Assembly: GCA_012295275.1 (NCBI GenBank) | Contig: CM022677.1 | Coordinates: 806,001-870,000, forward strand | Source: Chrysomallon squamiferum | Taxonomy: Eukaryota > Animalia > Mollusca | Length of the DNA stretch: 64,000 nt | Reading direction: 5' to 3' | In this document: positions 1 through 15,000 of the stretch, piece by piece | Numbering within the stretch: position 1 is the first letter of the stretch | Layout of the letters: the number at the start of each line of letters is the position of its first letter | Program-made: the position numbers and the translations under genes | The notes under the pieces: generated by a model | Databases searched by the model: none | What the model was told of the DNA's origin: nothing | What the model saw: only the letters and a program-made list of their open reading frames with translations

Positions 1-595
1 GCTACATCATGTAAAACCGGTTACACGAGACGAATGAAAAGTAGCTGGACATAATAGTTTTTTGGATCTAATTGTCTTTGAAATTTTGTCAAGCAGCTGC
101 AAGCATGCTAACTAATCTTTACCTCGTCAAGCATGGTTATTTCGACGTTAGATCGCCGAAGTGAAAGTGTCATGGACACTGACCAAACTTCCTGTGTAAG
201 GACTTACGTTTAAGAATGGATTATGCTGACTTATTCTTCTTAAATTATCTTACATAAGAATGATGGACAAATATGTTCCCTAACAATATATTGGTATTTT
301 CATCCATAATTGTCTCAAATCTCAAATGTTTTAGGATTTTAAAATCATAAAATTGACCACACAATTATAATTTCTAAACACCAAATCAAATAAGCAAATG
401 CTGTTGTATTCTGTGTGGATTTAATTTGTGCTGGTCATTCAAATTTTGCATTTCTTTTCATTTTTTTTTTTTTTTTTTCAGTGTTTGGTTTTCACACACA
501 GGGATGTTTCATTTAGGTAATATTGTCTTTCATAATTTCAACTTTTAAAACTTATTTGAAACTTGTCTTCTCAAAAACTTTCTTGTTTTTTTCAG

Positions 596-1146
596 TGAAT
601 AACCAAAAGATGCCTTTGAGTAACAAATAGACAGTGCCCAATTAGATGTAACCAACCGAGCTTAGGTAGACAGCATCTGCAAGAACAGTATTCCACAGTT
701 CCTGCAAAAAGATGAAAAGGACATGTTTAAATTTACACTAAATTCTTAAAACAAACAATCAGACGGAAAGAGGAACAGATAGCAAAATTTCAAGAGCAAA
801 GTACCGTTTCAAAGGTTATCATGCATGAGGCAAAATCTACTCTGTCAAACTTTAAAAAAACCCACGAACAAATGAAGATGTACCATAGCAAAAAAAGAAT
901 AAAACTGAATCAGAAACTCTGCTGCTCTCTGCCAAAAACGAAATTTCTGAACTTAAAATAAAACTTGAAATAAAACAAAAGGAGATAATTGATCTCCAGA
1001 GAGATAAAATCCTGCTTGAAGAAAAGCTTCAGGAGTCAGTTAGTAAACTAAAATTGACAAAATATAATGGAAAGGTCTATTCTGCAGACCTAAGAATGAT
1101 GGTGTTTGATGCCATTGTTAATCAGGTGCCAACCAGCAATATCCCT
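596..1146 (+). mobile_element. Putative DNA-transposase N-terminal exon (coiled coil plus GKVYSADLRMMVF motif), cut by a gap
   Basis: Acceptor ttttttcag ends at 595. The reading frame ...KNEISELKIKLEIKQKEIIDLQRDKILLEEKLQE...GKVYSADLRMMVFDAIVNQVPTSNIP runs into the Ns. It resembles the N-termini of invertebrate transposase-like proteins; superfamily not assignable. Confidence 0.35.
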
Positions 1147-1346
1147 NNNNNNNNNNNNNNNNNNNNNNNNNNNNNNNNNNNNNNNNNNNNNNNNNNNNNN
1201 NNNNNNNNNNNNNNNNNNNNNNNNNNNNNNNNNNNNNNNNNNNNNNNNNNNNNNNNNNNNNNNNNNNNNNNNNNNNNNNNNNNNNNNNNNNNNNNNNNNN
1301 NNNNNNNNNNNNNNNNNNNNNNNNNNNNNNNNNNNNNNNNNNNNNN
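1147..1346. other. Assembly gap (200 N)
   Basis: Run of N. Confidence 1.
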
Positions 1347-3198
1347 CAACACACAAACACGGAAGAATCAACTCTTCAAAAACTTTAACATTCCAGGATT
1401 CTTTGGCTTCTTTCACAACACTAACTGCACCACGAGAGGAGGAGTAGCAACTTATGTCAGAAATGAACTATCCTACTCACGTATCCCACTAACCAATCAC
1501 CACCTCAACATAGAGACACTTGGGATAACAATCCATGGCCAGGCTGAAGACATTAACGTTTTCAACTACTACACTCACCCAGGCAAAAATCACTACAACA
1601 TAACACTAGAACACTACACTAAAAGCATTCCCTCTAAATACATCGACAACTTCATTATACTCGGGGACTTCAACAGCAGAAACCACCTATGGGGATCCTC
1701 TAGTACATGCAAACAGGAAACCATCATCGAAAAATGTACGGATCTTAACAAACAGATATGTCTGAACGATGGCAGGTCAACCTTCCTATCAGACGTATAC
1801 AACAACTGGTCATGTCTTGATATCTCAACAGTGTCTGAAAAAATAGCCTCTAAATGTGAATGGACAGTCCTTAACAATCTCAATAGCGATCACCTACCAA
1901 TACTAATCTCATACAACACTGAAAATAACTGGAAAGAGGTACCAATAAACAAACACAAATGGAACTTCGCGAAAGCCAACTGGACTGAATTTAAAAAGCA
2001 ATGTCTGGAAACAGATCCCAAACTCATTCGAAGCAATAATATTGACACTTTTAACCAAAATTTAACTGACAGAATAATTAGCATTGCCAATAAAACTATT
2101 CCAAATTCTAATTGTAAATACAAAAATAATTCAGTCGCTTGGTGGAGTGAAGAACTAAAACTCCTTACAAAGGCACGCAACAAACATCGCAAAACATACC
2201 AAAAACATAACTCAGCAACCAACCTCGCAAACCTCAAAATTAGTAAAAACAAAGTCTCACAAGCCGTGCTAAATGCAAAAAAAGATTCGTGGAAAACCTT
2301 CTGCACCTCTACCAACAAAAACACGTCTAGTAAGGAAATTAAACGCATACAAGGGAAACCCCACCTGACTCAAAAACCTCAGAAACGAAATACAATATTC
2401 CCTTCCAAGAAATGACAGCGGCTTTCTCCGACCGCAAAGGAACAGCCCCCGGGCCAGACAAATTCTCCTACCTTTTCTTTCAAAACATGCCCACAGACAT
2501 CCTAAATCTATTTCTGAAACTCTATAACACTATTTGGAAGGAAGGATACCTTCCCCTCAGATGGAAGCATGCTGAAGTCTTCAGCCTTCCAAAACAGGGT
2601 AAGGACCTTTCCAACCCCTCCAGCTATTGTCCTATCTCACTAACGTCCTGTGTCTGCAAAACCATGGAGGTCAACACACGCTTAACACACCTTTTGGTAA
2701 AAAACAAACTAATTTCGACCTTTCAAAGTGGCTACAGAAAGAACCACTCCACAAGCGACCACATAACCAGATTACAATCTGAAATCTCCGAATCTTTGTT
2801 TACTGGACAAAAAGTGGTAGGAGTGTTTGTTGACATAGATAAAGCCTATGATATGGTCTGGAGACATGGTCTTCTAATCAAAGTCTACAACATGGGCATA
2901 AGAGGCCCTATGTTCGGCTTTATAGAAGCGTTCTTGAAAAACAGATCCTTTACTGTCAGTGTAGACGAAAACTTCTCAGACAGCTTGGATTTGGAGAATG
3001 GGATCCCCCAGGGTTCAGTTATCGCCTCTACTCTTTTTAGCATTTTTAACAATGACCTAGCACATACTCTAGCCACTAACTCGAAAACTGCAACTAAGCT
3101 TACTATAGGACTATTTGCGGATGACACAGCTTTTTGGCGTGCTGGAAACTGTTTTAAACAAATCAAAACAGATATGCAAAAAGACTTAAATAACTTAC
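1347..3198 (+). mobile_element. Non-LTR retrotransposon (I-group LINE, family B) ORF2 fragment: APE endonuclease plus RT, frameshifted and 3'-truncated
   Basis: APE motifs RGGVATYV, ILGDFN, CLDI, SDHLPI. RT motifs APGPD, PISLTS, FQSGYR, DIDKAYD, GIPQGS, LFADD. Near-identical to the sequence from 53923 onward. Joins LigB-like intron 1 sequence at about 3198. Confidence 0.93.
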
Positions 3199-3257
3199 AT
3201 TTTCTTGTATTCATTTTGTTACATATTTATTTATTTATTTATTTGGCACACATTAAG

Positions 3258-3382
3258 ATGGGGAGAAGTGGTCCCACTTCATTTGATACCAGATCTGGAA
3301 AACACAAAAGTTGTAATTCTCTCGCAGCCCAGCAGACGATATACAGATGATGTTGTCATGATATCAGAACTTCTCCATTTAG
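3258..3382 (+). pseudogene. LigB/MEMO-like gene copy 0, exon 2 (exon 1 missing; exons 3-4 at 36483-37166)
   Basis: ag|ATGGGGAGAAGTG...CATTTAG|gt encodes [28 protein letters not shown]. Matches 38806-38930 and 49919-50043. Confidence 0.85.
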
Positions 3383-3741
3383 GTATTTCACTGTATGTCT
3401 GTATAGCTGTAAAAATTACATACGATTTGTAAACATTAGTTTATTGGTTATGTAAAATGCCCTCGTCGCAGATTTGAGGTTCCTGCTTTTTTTTGTTTGT
3501 GACTTTATCAATATTTTGTAACAACTTTTGGACACCAAATGCATTATCTAAACGAGTGAAATCGAACAAACAAACAACAACAAAGATAATACATAATAAT
3601 ACGGAACAAAAAAAAAAAAAAATCTGGAATGACATCATTGGGGTTTAAGTAACTGAAAATTGGTATTAAAAGCTTCAAAGTAAATTCAGAAAGGCTAGCT
3701 GCAGAGCTGTAGCTATTGGTGTATAAGTAGCGGCACGCGTT

Positions 3742-3753
3742 TTGAACGAGATC
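3742..3753 (+). repeat. Left target-site duplication (TTGAACGAGATC) of LINE family A
   Basis: The same 12-mer occurs at 35565-35576. It is single in the empty paralogous site at 40071-40082. Confidence 0.9.
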
Positions 3754-6700
3754 GAATATCTCACAACAGACTCTCCACCGTGATGGTCGACATGGTGCAA
3801 GCCCGGAAGAGAAGCTGTGAAGAATACTAACGGACGGATTGTGCTTACTGAGCTGAATTCAGAAACGAAAAAGATACTGTACCATTTCCTTTATTTATTT
3901 AGACTTAAATTCTTATTTATATTATTTGTAGGCTTTTGTATTATTGCTACTTTTATTATTTATTTTTTATTTTTTTTATTTTTTTACTGTTTGTTCATCT
4001 TTTGTCTTTTACTTTCCTGTATCTTAAATAACCGATATATCTTATCTGTATCTCGATCTGAAAGTGAGTTGCGTTACCTTTAGACTTTTTTTTAATTAAT
4101 ATAGAATTGTCTATATATTTAAAAAATCCAAGCATATTTAAAAAAACAACAAAGAAACAATAACAACAAAACAACAACAACCCATACATTTACACAACAA
4201 ACATGGCAACAAAAAACATGAAAATTTACAGCTCAGGAACAGATAATTCAGACATGGAAACTAGAGTTCGAAAACGACCCAGGGACAGGAGCCCTAGCTC
4301 CGTCGAAAAAACACACAACAGAAAACAAAAGAAAAAAAAAAGACAACACAGTCCAACACACACATTCGGACACAGAAGTAACGGAAGAACAAAAAATTAT
4401 CAACAGAAATCTACACACTTTGGCAAGGCTACGGGAAACAGACACGGAAGACGAAAGCGAACAAAACGCTTGGAAAATAATTAAAAGAAAAAAACAAAAC
4501 CTACCCACAGTCGAACCACCATTGCAATACACACAAAAAACCACTCAAACATCGACAAAAAGTTGCGCTACTTACTAGAAGCAAATACACATTATTGATA
4601 AAACAACAAAAGTGAACAATAATCAAAACGGAAAAGAAATCTACTTCGAAGTAGATACAAAAACACATAAAACAATCGGTCCCAACATTACCATCTTGGA
4701 CGAAACATTTGTTGTCAGGGTTTTACCAAAAATAATCCCTGACACAAAACAGACACAGAAAAAAACACCCACACCACAACCCAGAAAAACACTGCTCACA
4801 CAACAGCAGCCAAAACAACTACCAATTACGAAACAACAACAACAACAACCTAAACAAACAACAAAAGCAAAAGATACAACAAAATATAAATACATTTCAA
4901 AAGATTTGGGTTTTTATTACCACTATTCAAACAAACTAGATTTGTTTGAAATGTTCAACAAAGAACAAGTACAACAAACAAATTCAACACTAGTCGGTGT
5001 GGAAATGTGGAAAAAGCCAAATTACTGGACCACACTGACGTTTAACAGCAAATGAACGAACACAACCATCACCATTGATGGCTACAAATATACACTGGCA
5101 TAAATGAGGCCGCAGTTGCCCAAGTGCGGCCACTGTCAGAAATGGGGGCACATCACAAACCAGAGCACACAGAGACACAACCCGAAACATTTAACGTGTA
5201 GTTTCTGCGGTGGAAATCACCACAGAAACTCAGGCCTATGCCGGTCTCTGGCAAAATGCGAAAATTGCCAGGGTCCACACGAATCACACTACAAGATGTG
5301 CCCAGCCAAAATAAAAGCAAACAACAACTTTGAACACAACAGGAGAGACAACAAAATATCAACAAAAAATTCCAGAAAATGGAACAAAAAACCAAAACCA
5401 TCATGGAAAAAATGGACCAACACAACAACAAACCGACAGACAATCTGGACAAGGAGGTCAGGATCGCAGAAATCCATAAAATCATTGTCTGCCTCTCGAT
5501 AGAGCTTCAAAACATCAGAACCAATCAAGGAAACGGCAATGACGACGCCAAATTGGAACACACAGTATCCCAAATAATTGAAGACAGCCTGGGCTTCAAA
5601 ATCCACACAAACGACAAAAGACTAAAACTACACACAGACAGGAGAAATTCTACAAACACCAAACAACAGTGAACAAAAACAAAACAAAACAAACAGTAAC
5701 AGCCATTTACAAACTCTTCACGATAAGCACACAAGAACACAGGCCTCTCCGTTCTTCAATGAACGCTAAAGGCTTCACTCAACAGGCCACGGAGACGAAT
5801 TACTACACTTCCTGGCCTCCACTACAAACACACCGGACATAATATGTATTCAAGAAACATGGCTGGGACATTCCAACAAAAACAACAAAACAACAAAAAC
5901 CTTTAAGGTCCCCGGGTACCAAAGTCATTACGTCAAGAGATACAACAGCACCCGGGGAGACATCATGACTCTCGTCAAACAAGACATTCCACACACCAAG
6001 CTGAACCGAGCCAAAATTCACGCCAACATAGAAATATTAAGTATCATAGTAGACAACAATCAAAACATCGACATAATTATATACAGCCCACCCACTCGCG
6101 CACTACACACCATTCAAACCCAAGACTTAAACAAAATGATTACAACAAACAACAAGGTCATTATAGTGGGCGATATCAACTGTCACAACACCCTATGGGG
6201 TGGCTCGACAGACGACAGCCCTGGAATCGTCCTCGAAGATTTCCTAGAGCAAAACCAGCTGGTCTGTTTGAACGACGGAACATTCACATACACCAGCGAC
6301 ATCAATGGTGGCCAAACCGCCATTGATGTAACATTCACAAGTAAGGACATCGCAGCGCTCTCCGAATGGCAAGTGCTCGATGAGCTAAACAGCGACCACC
6401 ACCCGATACTCACCAACTACAACAGCAAGAACACCTTCTCGGACAGATCCATCTTCCCACCGAAATGGAACTTCAACAAAGCGGACTGGGAAGGCTTCTA
6501 CAAAGCATGCAGAAACATCAACACGCAGAACTCCAACGACATCGACGCCTACCGCGCATCAATCACCAACACGATACACTCCATTGCAATCAGATACATA
6601 CCCAAAACCAGAAAATGCACCGGCAAAATATCCACTCCCTGGTGGACGGAACGCATAGAAAAGAAATGCAAAGAGAGAAACAAATACAGAAGACAATACA

Positions 6701-8893
6701 AAAAAGACAGAAATCATTCTACGCACGAAAAATATAAAATATCTAAAAAAGAAGTTTCCAACCTAACACTCACAGCGAAACAAGAACACTGGGAACTTTT
6801 TTGCAACAACATCGACCACAAAACATCAGTCAAAAACATGTGTGTCAAAGTTAAAAACATCCAAGGCAAAAAAACACACAGAATCAACACTCTCGGCAAA
6901 AACAACATCGCATTCACAGACAAGCAAAAAGCAAATCTACTCAGCCAAACCTTCGCCAAGTCCAGCAGCAATTCGAACTTCCCACTGAAATTCGCAAAGA
7001 AACCACTGGACAACCAAGCAAACGGTGAACACTCCGCAGACAGAGAAAACATGAAATACAATCAACTATTTAACATCAGCGAATTAAAACATGCACTCAA
7101 AAACAAGAAAAGTACAGCCACGGGGCCAGATAAAATAAGCTACACAATACTACAACACCTACCAGACGAAGCACTACTCGTCATATTCGATCTTTACAAC
7201 GCAATATGGACCACCGGCAAGATTCCAACAAACTGGAAAAACGCCGAGTGTTTCAGCTTGCCCAAACCACACAAAGATCACTCACTACCCAACAGCTACA
7301 GGCCGATCACGCTGACGTCACACATGTGCAAAACATTGGAAACAATGATCAACACACGCCTGAACCAGCATTAACGACAACAATTTAATCAGCAAATTTC
7401 AAAGCGGCTTCAGGAAGAAACACAGCACAAACAACCAGATCACCTGCCTGCAAACATCCATCAATCAATCTTCTAGGAAATCAAAAAAAGTCATAGCAGT
7501 TTTTTTAGACATTGAAAAAGCATTCGACATGGTATGGAGGGAACACTGCTCGTTAAATTAATCAACAACAACATCAAAGGCAACATGTTCAACTTTATTA
7601 AAGACTTTATTAACAACAGAACCATAGCAGTCAAAGTAAACGGTCACACCTCAGAGAAAACGACAATCGAAAACGGCATCCCCCAAGGATCCGTGATCTC
7701 GCCAACACTCTTCAACATCTACATCAACGACATCGTCACAGCACTCGACAAACAAGACAACGCCAGAAATCCACCAAAGGAACCAATCAATACAGCACTC
7801 TTTGCAGACGACTGCGCCTTTTGGTGTGCAGGCAGATCGACCGCAGCAATACAGAAACAAATACAAAAATACTTAAACAACATAAACGACTGGATGTTGA
7901 AATGGGGAAACAAGATTTCTCTTTCCAAAACAACATGCCTCCTGTTCAACAAGAAATCAGACAACAGCAAGATCACACTCAACATCGACAACAATGTCAT
8001 AACACAAACAAAGACATTCAAATTTCAACTTCCGATGCCACATACACAACATAATTGCATCCTGCTAAAAAACAATCAATCTTCTAAAGCTAATTTCCGG
8101 AACCAGTTGGGGAGCAACGAGTCAACGCTGATTTTGATACACAAAGCGTGTATTCTCTCCAAGCTCGACTACGGAGCCACGGCTTATTCGAATGCTCCCA
8201 AACTCTATTTAAAAAAACTACACACAATTCAATGAAGTGCCCTCAGGGTGATCGGCCACCTGCCAAACACAACACCATCCGACAGCCTTCTGTCGGAATA
8301 CAGCATCCAATCACTAAAATACAGAAGAAAACTGCAACTACTAAAATACAACCTGAAAATACACACACTCAACACAGACCACCCGGTCAAGGATCTGGTC
8401 CCCGACCAACAAAGGATAGGACAACTCTTTAAAGCGCATAGTCTACTGCTATCGAATTTCCCGACAACAGCTAGCGAAATCGAAAGGGAAACAGGAATAG
8501 GGGAAATGCCACTGCCGGCATACCACAAAGAAACAAAACCAACAATAAACACACCTTTCCTGATCAAAAGAGAAACTGACAAAACAGAGATCCCACCGTT
8601 CAAAAAAGCCATTTTTTTGGCAGCAGCAAACGACCACTACAAACAACACACGCACATCTACACTGACGGATCCAAAAACCCAGACAACGGGAGAGTAGGA
8701 TTCGCCTTCATAGCCCAAGATCACACAAACAAACGAACATGCATACAATTCGGCCGTATCAGAAATCACCTTTCGGTGTATACGGCCGAATTGGTAGCCA
8801 TCATCAGAGCCATGCTGTGGGTAAAACACAACAACAACAAACACACAGTCATATTCTCGGACAGTCCGTGATTTTATCTCAGTACAGTCCGGA
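3754..8893 (+). mobile_element. I-group LINE family A, 5' part: 5'UTR, ORF1 with three CCHC-type knuckles, ORF2 APE-RT-N-terminal RNase H (degenerate)
   Basis: ORF1 pieces at 4203-5672 carry CGHCQKWGH, CSFCGGNH and CENCQGPH. ORF2 carries [52 protein letters not shown] and FSDS, with several stops and frameshifts. It starts immediately after the TSD. Confidence 0.95.
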
Positions 8894-9284
8894 TACAATA
8901 AGGTAATAACAACAACAACAAAATGGAAATGAAAATACATTCACTATCGCGCCGTCGTGATCTCGCAATTCAATTTTACGTTGGAAGATCCCTTTTTCGA
9001 ACAGGCACGCGCACACACACAGGCGCGTTCTGAAATAACAAACATACGTACACACACAATCAGACATACACAACACGGTCACTCCAAAACCTGCGCCCAC
9101 GCACACACTCGCTACCGATGACAATTGGATCTTGCTGTTGCTCTTAAAATAAGAAAGAAAGAAAGAAAGAAAGAAACGAAGAAAGTAAGAAAGAAACAAA
9201 CGAAGAAAGTAAGAAAGAAAGAAAGAAAGAAAGAAAAGAAAAGAAAAGAAAAGAAAAGAAAAGAAAAAAAAAAAAAAAAAGGCA

Positions 9285-9403
9285 TGTCTACGGCACTCGG
9301 TGTTCCCAGGCGGTCACCCATCCAAGTACTGTCCGAGCCCTGCGTTGCTTAACTTCGGTGATCGGATGAGAACCGGTGTTTTCAACGTGGTGTGGCCGTA
9401 GAC
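9285..9403 (-). rRNA. 5S ribosomal RNA gene (copy 1)
   Basis: The reverse strand reads GTCTACGGCCACACCACGTTGAAAACACCGGTTCTCATCCGATCACCGAAGTTAAGCAACG...AGTACTTGGATGGGTGACCGCCTGGGAACACCGAGTGCCGTAGACA (119 nt). A T-run terminator follows after 4 nt, with TAAATA near -29 and C at -1. It has A at the usual G of CUCGUCCGAU. Confidence 0.97.
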
Positions 9404-9488
9404 GATCGCTTTAACGAACCGAGGTCTATTTATCTTTGTTGTTCTTATTGTCGTTCTTATCGCTAAATAACGATGACGATGGCAACAA

Positions 9489-9541
<53 letters not shown>

Positions 9542-9817
9542 GTAAATGAAAAAAAGAATAAATAAAATAAAATAAAAACATGACAAAAAAAAAAGAAGAT
9601 AAAAACATGAGGAAAAAAAAAAAAAAAAAAAAGAAAGAAAAAAAAGAATTAAAAAAATAAAAAATAATAAAAGAAAAGAAAAGAAAAATAAAGAAATAAA
9701 AAAAGAAAAATAAAGCGCTGGCAGTATTCGATCTTCTTGTTCTTCTACTCGAAGAAAGAAAGAAAGAAAGCGCCATGCGTGTGTGTGTGTCTGTGCATCT
9801 ACGGTACTGTACTATAC

Positions 9818-9904
<87 letters not shown>

Positions 9905-10142
9905 CGGTAATGATAATAATAGAAAGGTTTCGTACTTATCCTGTGTTCACGAGTCATTTTTCACGAAATTAGCATTTTGGCTGTTGTTGTTGTTGTTGGT
10001 GGTGGTGGTGCTGCTGCTGTTGTTGTTGTTGTTGTTGTTGTTGTGAACAGCATTTCGTCTTTCGTGGTGATGGACTGTAAATTGTGTCACTGTCAATAAT
10101 TTTTTTATTTTTTTTTATATTTAATTTTTGTGCAGTCTTTAA

Positions 10143-10356
10143 GGCGAAATTGACATCGGTAGCGAGTACCGAGACCCAGTTTCCTAACGTTCGTCTCACC
10201 GTTGCCATGGGAACCGATCTCAGTTCAGCTCCGTTCGGCTACACTCGGGTAGGGTCGGGTCGGGTCACGTCGGGTCGGGTCGACTGCACTCCACTCCACT
10301 GCCTATTATTATTACTGTTGTTGTTGTTGTTGTTGTTAATTATTATTATTATTATG

Positions 10357-10390
<34 letters not shown>

Positions 10391-10642
10391 TTTTAAGTTC
10401 ATTAGTCACTATTTGGTATAAATGATGAAAATTCTGTAAATAAGCAATGTGAGAATTCAGCTGAAAGAAAAAGATTTTTACTTATAAAAGTTGAACTTAA
10501 TAAAAATATAGGTGATGCTCTATAATGGACCCAGTGTAGTTTATACATTCCAGGTTTACTGGTACCAGCCTTTCCTAGTAATAAAGTATAACAATATTTT
10601 CAAAAGTGGGTCTCGGAACTTACTACCGATGTCAGTATCACC
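10143..10642. mobile_element. 500-bp TTAA-bounded inverted-repeat unit (Kolobok-like MITE or terminal module)
   Basis: TTAA|GGCGAAATTGACATCGGTAGCGAGTACCGAGACCCA ... TGGGTCTCGGAACTTACTACCGATGTCAGTATCACC|TTAA, with an RFX X-box-like GTTGCCATGGGAAC at 10201-10214. Confidence 0.5.
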
Positions 10643-10957
10643 TTAAAGACTGCAGAAAAAAAATTAAAAAAATAAAATAAACAAAATAAATAAAGAAAGA
10701 AAGAAAGAAAGAAATATTAAGAAAAAAGATAATTTGAAAAAAAAATAAAAAATTAAATAAATAAATAAAACTATGACGAGAGAAAAGGAAAAAAGCCGCC
10801 GAGTTTCATCCGTCCACTGTCAATTTTATTGTTGTTGTTGTTTTTATTATTATTGCTGCTGTTGTTTTTATCATTATCATCATCATTATTATTATTATAA
10901 TTATTATTATTCTCATCCTTATTATTATTATTAATAGTTTTTGTTTGTTTGTTTAAT

Positions 10958-10996
<39 letters not shown>

Positions 10997-11972
10997 GTTA
11001 CTTGCTTATTTTCTAAATGACTAAAAAAAAAAAAAATAATAATAAAATAAATGAAAAGGAAACATTGAAATTGAAATGCATTATTAATCGCGCCGTCGTG
11101 ATGTGCCAATTCAGTTTTACATTGGAAGACACCTTTTTCAAACCGACGCACGCACGCACGCACGCGTTGAAAATTACACCACTGGCAATTTTTTTCTTAA
11201 TACAATAACATCAAACTGAGATTTTTTATTCTATTTTTTTTTTTAACCTTTTTTTTTTTATTATTTATTTATTTGATTTCAGTTCTTTAAAGTGCACTAA
11301 ATCATTATTTTGTTTCCTAGTCGTTTTTGTTTTTGAAGAAATTCTTATTTCTATTATTTTGTTGTTTAGTTTTTGTTTAATTTAAGGGTTTTTGAGGTGG
11401 GATTTTGATTATGTTCTTTCTTGGGATTTTCTGAAACACATTTTGGACATTGTCAACTGTTTAAAGAAGCAAAAGTTTGATGTGATGGTGTGTTGAGTTT
11501 TCCAGTTTGCAGATACTTTAAAGAATGATAAGATATGAATATATACAAAAGTCTTTTAAGGCTTGAAATTGTCGTATATTTCAGATTGTGACTGTTCTGT
11601 CTGTGTAGCAGATAACTGAAGATCATTGTGAATTCCAGATCACCTCATTATTAACTCTGTCAGACAATTTCTGTGTTCAAAAAGTTTACTGAGGCCTTGT
11701 GTTATATATTTCTTCAGAATTCAGTTCTAATATCATTTACATAATCTATGTTGAGACTGTAACTGAAATGCACTGAAACTAAAATGATCCTCTTGATTGT
11801 AATCACCAAAAATAACAGTAATTTTATTACTTTCTAATTTAACTACATGTTGTTTTCATACCCTTGTGTTATTGTATTTATTCATCAAAGGACTGTTTAA
11901 AAGAATTTTTTTTTATTATTTGCTGACAGATTAAACAAATGTTTAAAGGGAACTTTCTTAATAATAATAATA

Positions 11973-12013
<41 letters not shown>

Positions 12014-15000
12014 CATATGGAACATTATTTCATAGCCATTTACCTACAATAAAAGAAAAAAAACCCAAGCCAACTGTTTGTCATGACAGAAATTGTTTTA
12101 CTCATATATTTATGATGCAATATTTTCCATGTAAATATGAAGTTAAAACTGATAACTTTACAGAAATAAGTTTATATTCCATTTATTAAATATAAATTCT
12201 GTATTTCAACTATTTAAATATATATTCATGTGAAATTATGTCGAAATACATGGTTTGAAAAATTTCTGCTTTATTTTGTTATCTTTTTATAATCAAAGTA
12301 GACCATTCTGAATTAATATATTAAGGCATGTATTATTCATGTGCAAATATACCAATTCTGATGTACTGTGGTATGAGTTACCTCACTTGTTCTGTTTGGT
12401 TCACACAATGAAACTTCACACCATGTCTGATTACAGTTCGGTGACATGACATAAATTCTAAATTACTGGGTGCTCAATTTTGAGGGGGTTGGTGTTTCAG
12501 AGACCTTTACTTTGTTGTGTTACATCAGTAACCAGGTCCACTGAGGAGGTTTGATCATGGAAACCAAGTTCATCAGATCATCTAAACTCTACTCCAGTAT
12601 ATCAAATACCATGTATGTTGCTAACCTTAATATATTACTACATATCACAAAATGGAAATCAAATTTTATTACAGAATGGTTCCTTTCTCTCCAATTTATT
12701 TATTATTATTTATTTATCATAAGAAGGATGTTGCTTAAATGTGATAGATCCTGTATTTAAATAAAATATTGAATACACTGAATAAGATATTTTATTATTA
12801 TTATTATTTTCGTTTTTTTTTGTTGTTTTTTTGAAATATAATAATGAATTTAAAAAAAAGTGGAATTAAGTTAAATCTAGGTTTACGTAACCATGATTTG
12901 CACAAATGGCCTTTCAGGTTCCAGGTATTTGAAAAAAGTAATACAAACAGTATTTATTTACTTTTATTACAAAGTGTCTTGATATGGGTGACAAAATGTA
13001 TAGCAAAGCCTACATAATTGTAAATAGAAAAAAAAAATAGCATGATACAAATATCACACAATTTATTATAATCTCAACAAATCACAAGTGTGACAGTTCA
13101 TTTAATTTGTACACATATCTGAATTTTTCTCTGATGGTCTGAGACAAAACTGATTCTCTTCAGGAAGCAGCAAAATTTATAAAAAAAAACACATTCTGAA
13201 ACATGTTTGTCCCTTGTTCTTGCAAAGATCAGTTAAAAAAACAACAACTCAGCAACAGCAACAAAAAATTTAAATTACAAATTATCTTATTTATTTATTT
13301 ATTTATTTTGGACTATTGAGTCCTTCTTGCAGAAAGTCTAAAAGAAATGCATTGGAATTTCACAGACTTCCAGAGAGAATGTCTTATGAAATTCTTACCT
13401 TCACCGACAGTAAAAATGTTGGATGTAGAAATGAGTATCTACATCATGATACAGAACATCATGGTGGGTGACAGCTGTTTATTGCCTTTAATAAGATCCA
13501 TCATGCAAAAAACAAACTAATTATTTACGTTATTTCTTTTAAATAATAATAATATATATATGTGTGTGTGCAAAAAATTTGATTGCTTTCATTTTCTCTC
13601 ACAGAAAATATTTAAAAATTAAAAAAGAAATTAAATAAATTAAAAATTTGTAAAATTATATAAAAAGTCATTATACGATTTTATTGTTTATAAAATAATA
13701 ATCAAATTCATGTATTAACTACAAATAGCTTAAAAATTCAGTTCTAGTTACTCAAATCAACTTAGTAAATTTTGAAATAAAATTGAACTACATATGGAAT
13801 GATAAAATAATAAATAAATAAATAATTGTATTTTTAAAAAGAAACAAAAATTAAACTAGAGCAAAGTGAGATGATGACAGTAAATAAAGTTTAGCAAAAA
13901 AAACCTTAGTTTTACAATTTTTTCATTTCTTATTTATTTATTTTCTTATTCTTTTTATATTTTTCTTCTTCTTCTTCTTATTATTATTACTATTATTATT
14001 ATTATTATTATTATTATACCTTTTTTTGTTCTTGGCATGACAATGTATGTGACGATAAATAAATAAATAAACAAATAAACAAATAAAGAGTATTTTTTTT
14101 TATTATTCGGAGTCAATACATCTACTGGTTATTACACATTTATGTTGAATTGAAAAGGAAAAACAATAGCAAACACTTGATCAGACACTTACTGCTAATG
14201 ACAACATGTCCCATTAACCAACCGGTAACTCTTTGACATCGTGGTTCTAAAACTTCGCTGGAAATGTTTTCAAACGTTCGTCTCAGCTCGGGTCGGCTAC
14301 TGCTGATCAAAAGTAAATGATTATTTCAAATAAGTTCACATTTTTCAATGTTCATATTTTTATCATTCAATTTTACAACTCAACATTCATATTTAGACTA
14401 TATGTGCTTTGTTACCCACATAATAATAATACCATTAATAATCTATTTATTGCTAATTAAAGTACATACATTTTTATGTTGACAATTATAAAAAATTTAA
14501 TTGATCTTTGTTTATATCAATTTCAGTGTTGATAAAATAATAGTAATAGTAATAATAATAATAATAATAATAGTAATAATAACAATGTTACTGCATTAAT
14601 GAAGTCACCTTCAAATTTTAAGATGAAATAAAAATTATCAGCTAAGCTGGACACACTTTATAAAAACATGACAGTCACTTAGCAACTAACAATTATCTGT
14701 CAATTAGACAAGATCAGAAAGCTCATTCTCTTATAAAAAATACAAATTTATGTTGTAATTTGAATAAATTAAAAATAAACAATAATAACAAAAACTAATA
14801 AAATACTGTAGATTAATAACAGGAATAATCCTGAAAAACAAAATTAAAAAAAATTCATTTATAGAAACTAAGTATGTCTTTCAAAAATAAATAAATATTA
14901 TGAAAGAATAATCACTGCTAAAGCTTAAAGATCTAAGAAAAACAGATTTCAATATTTCTGCTACATTTAATTTAGCAATGACTTCATTTGGTTTAGACAA

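Noticed and set aside
1054-2415. 453-aa ORF in the ORF track
   Set aside because: It reads through an N gap and fuses an unrelated transposase-like exon to a LINE endonuclease.
9713-10160. Resemblance to the U4 5' end (GCGCTGGCAGTAT) and to U5 loop 1 (TTTCGCCTTAAAGA on the minus strand)
   Set aside because: The matches are only 10-13 nt with indels, and the remaining snRNA sequence and Sm site are absent.
9112-10425. Many low-complexity ORFs (poly-I/L/Y/F/K), also at 19000-22200, 33766-34590 and 56929-57177
   Set aside because: They are translations of AAT, AC, AAAG and GT microsatellites.
10636-10656. TCACCTTAA as an snRNA proximal sequence element
   Set aside because: It is followed by A-rich microsatellite rather than an RNA gene, and is better explained as part of the inverted repeat.
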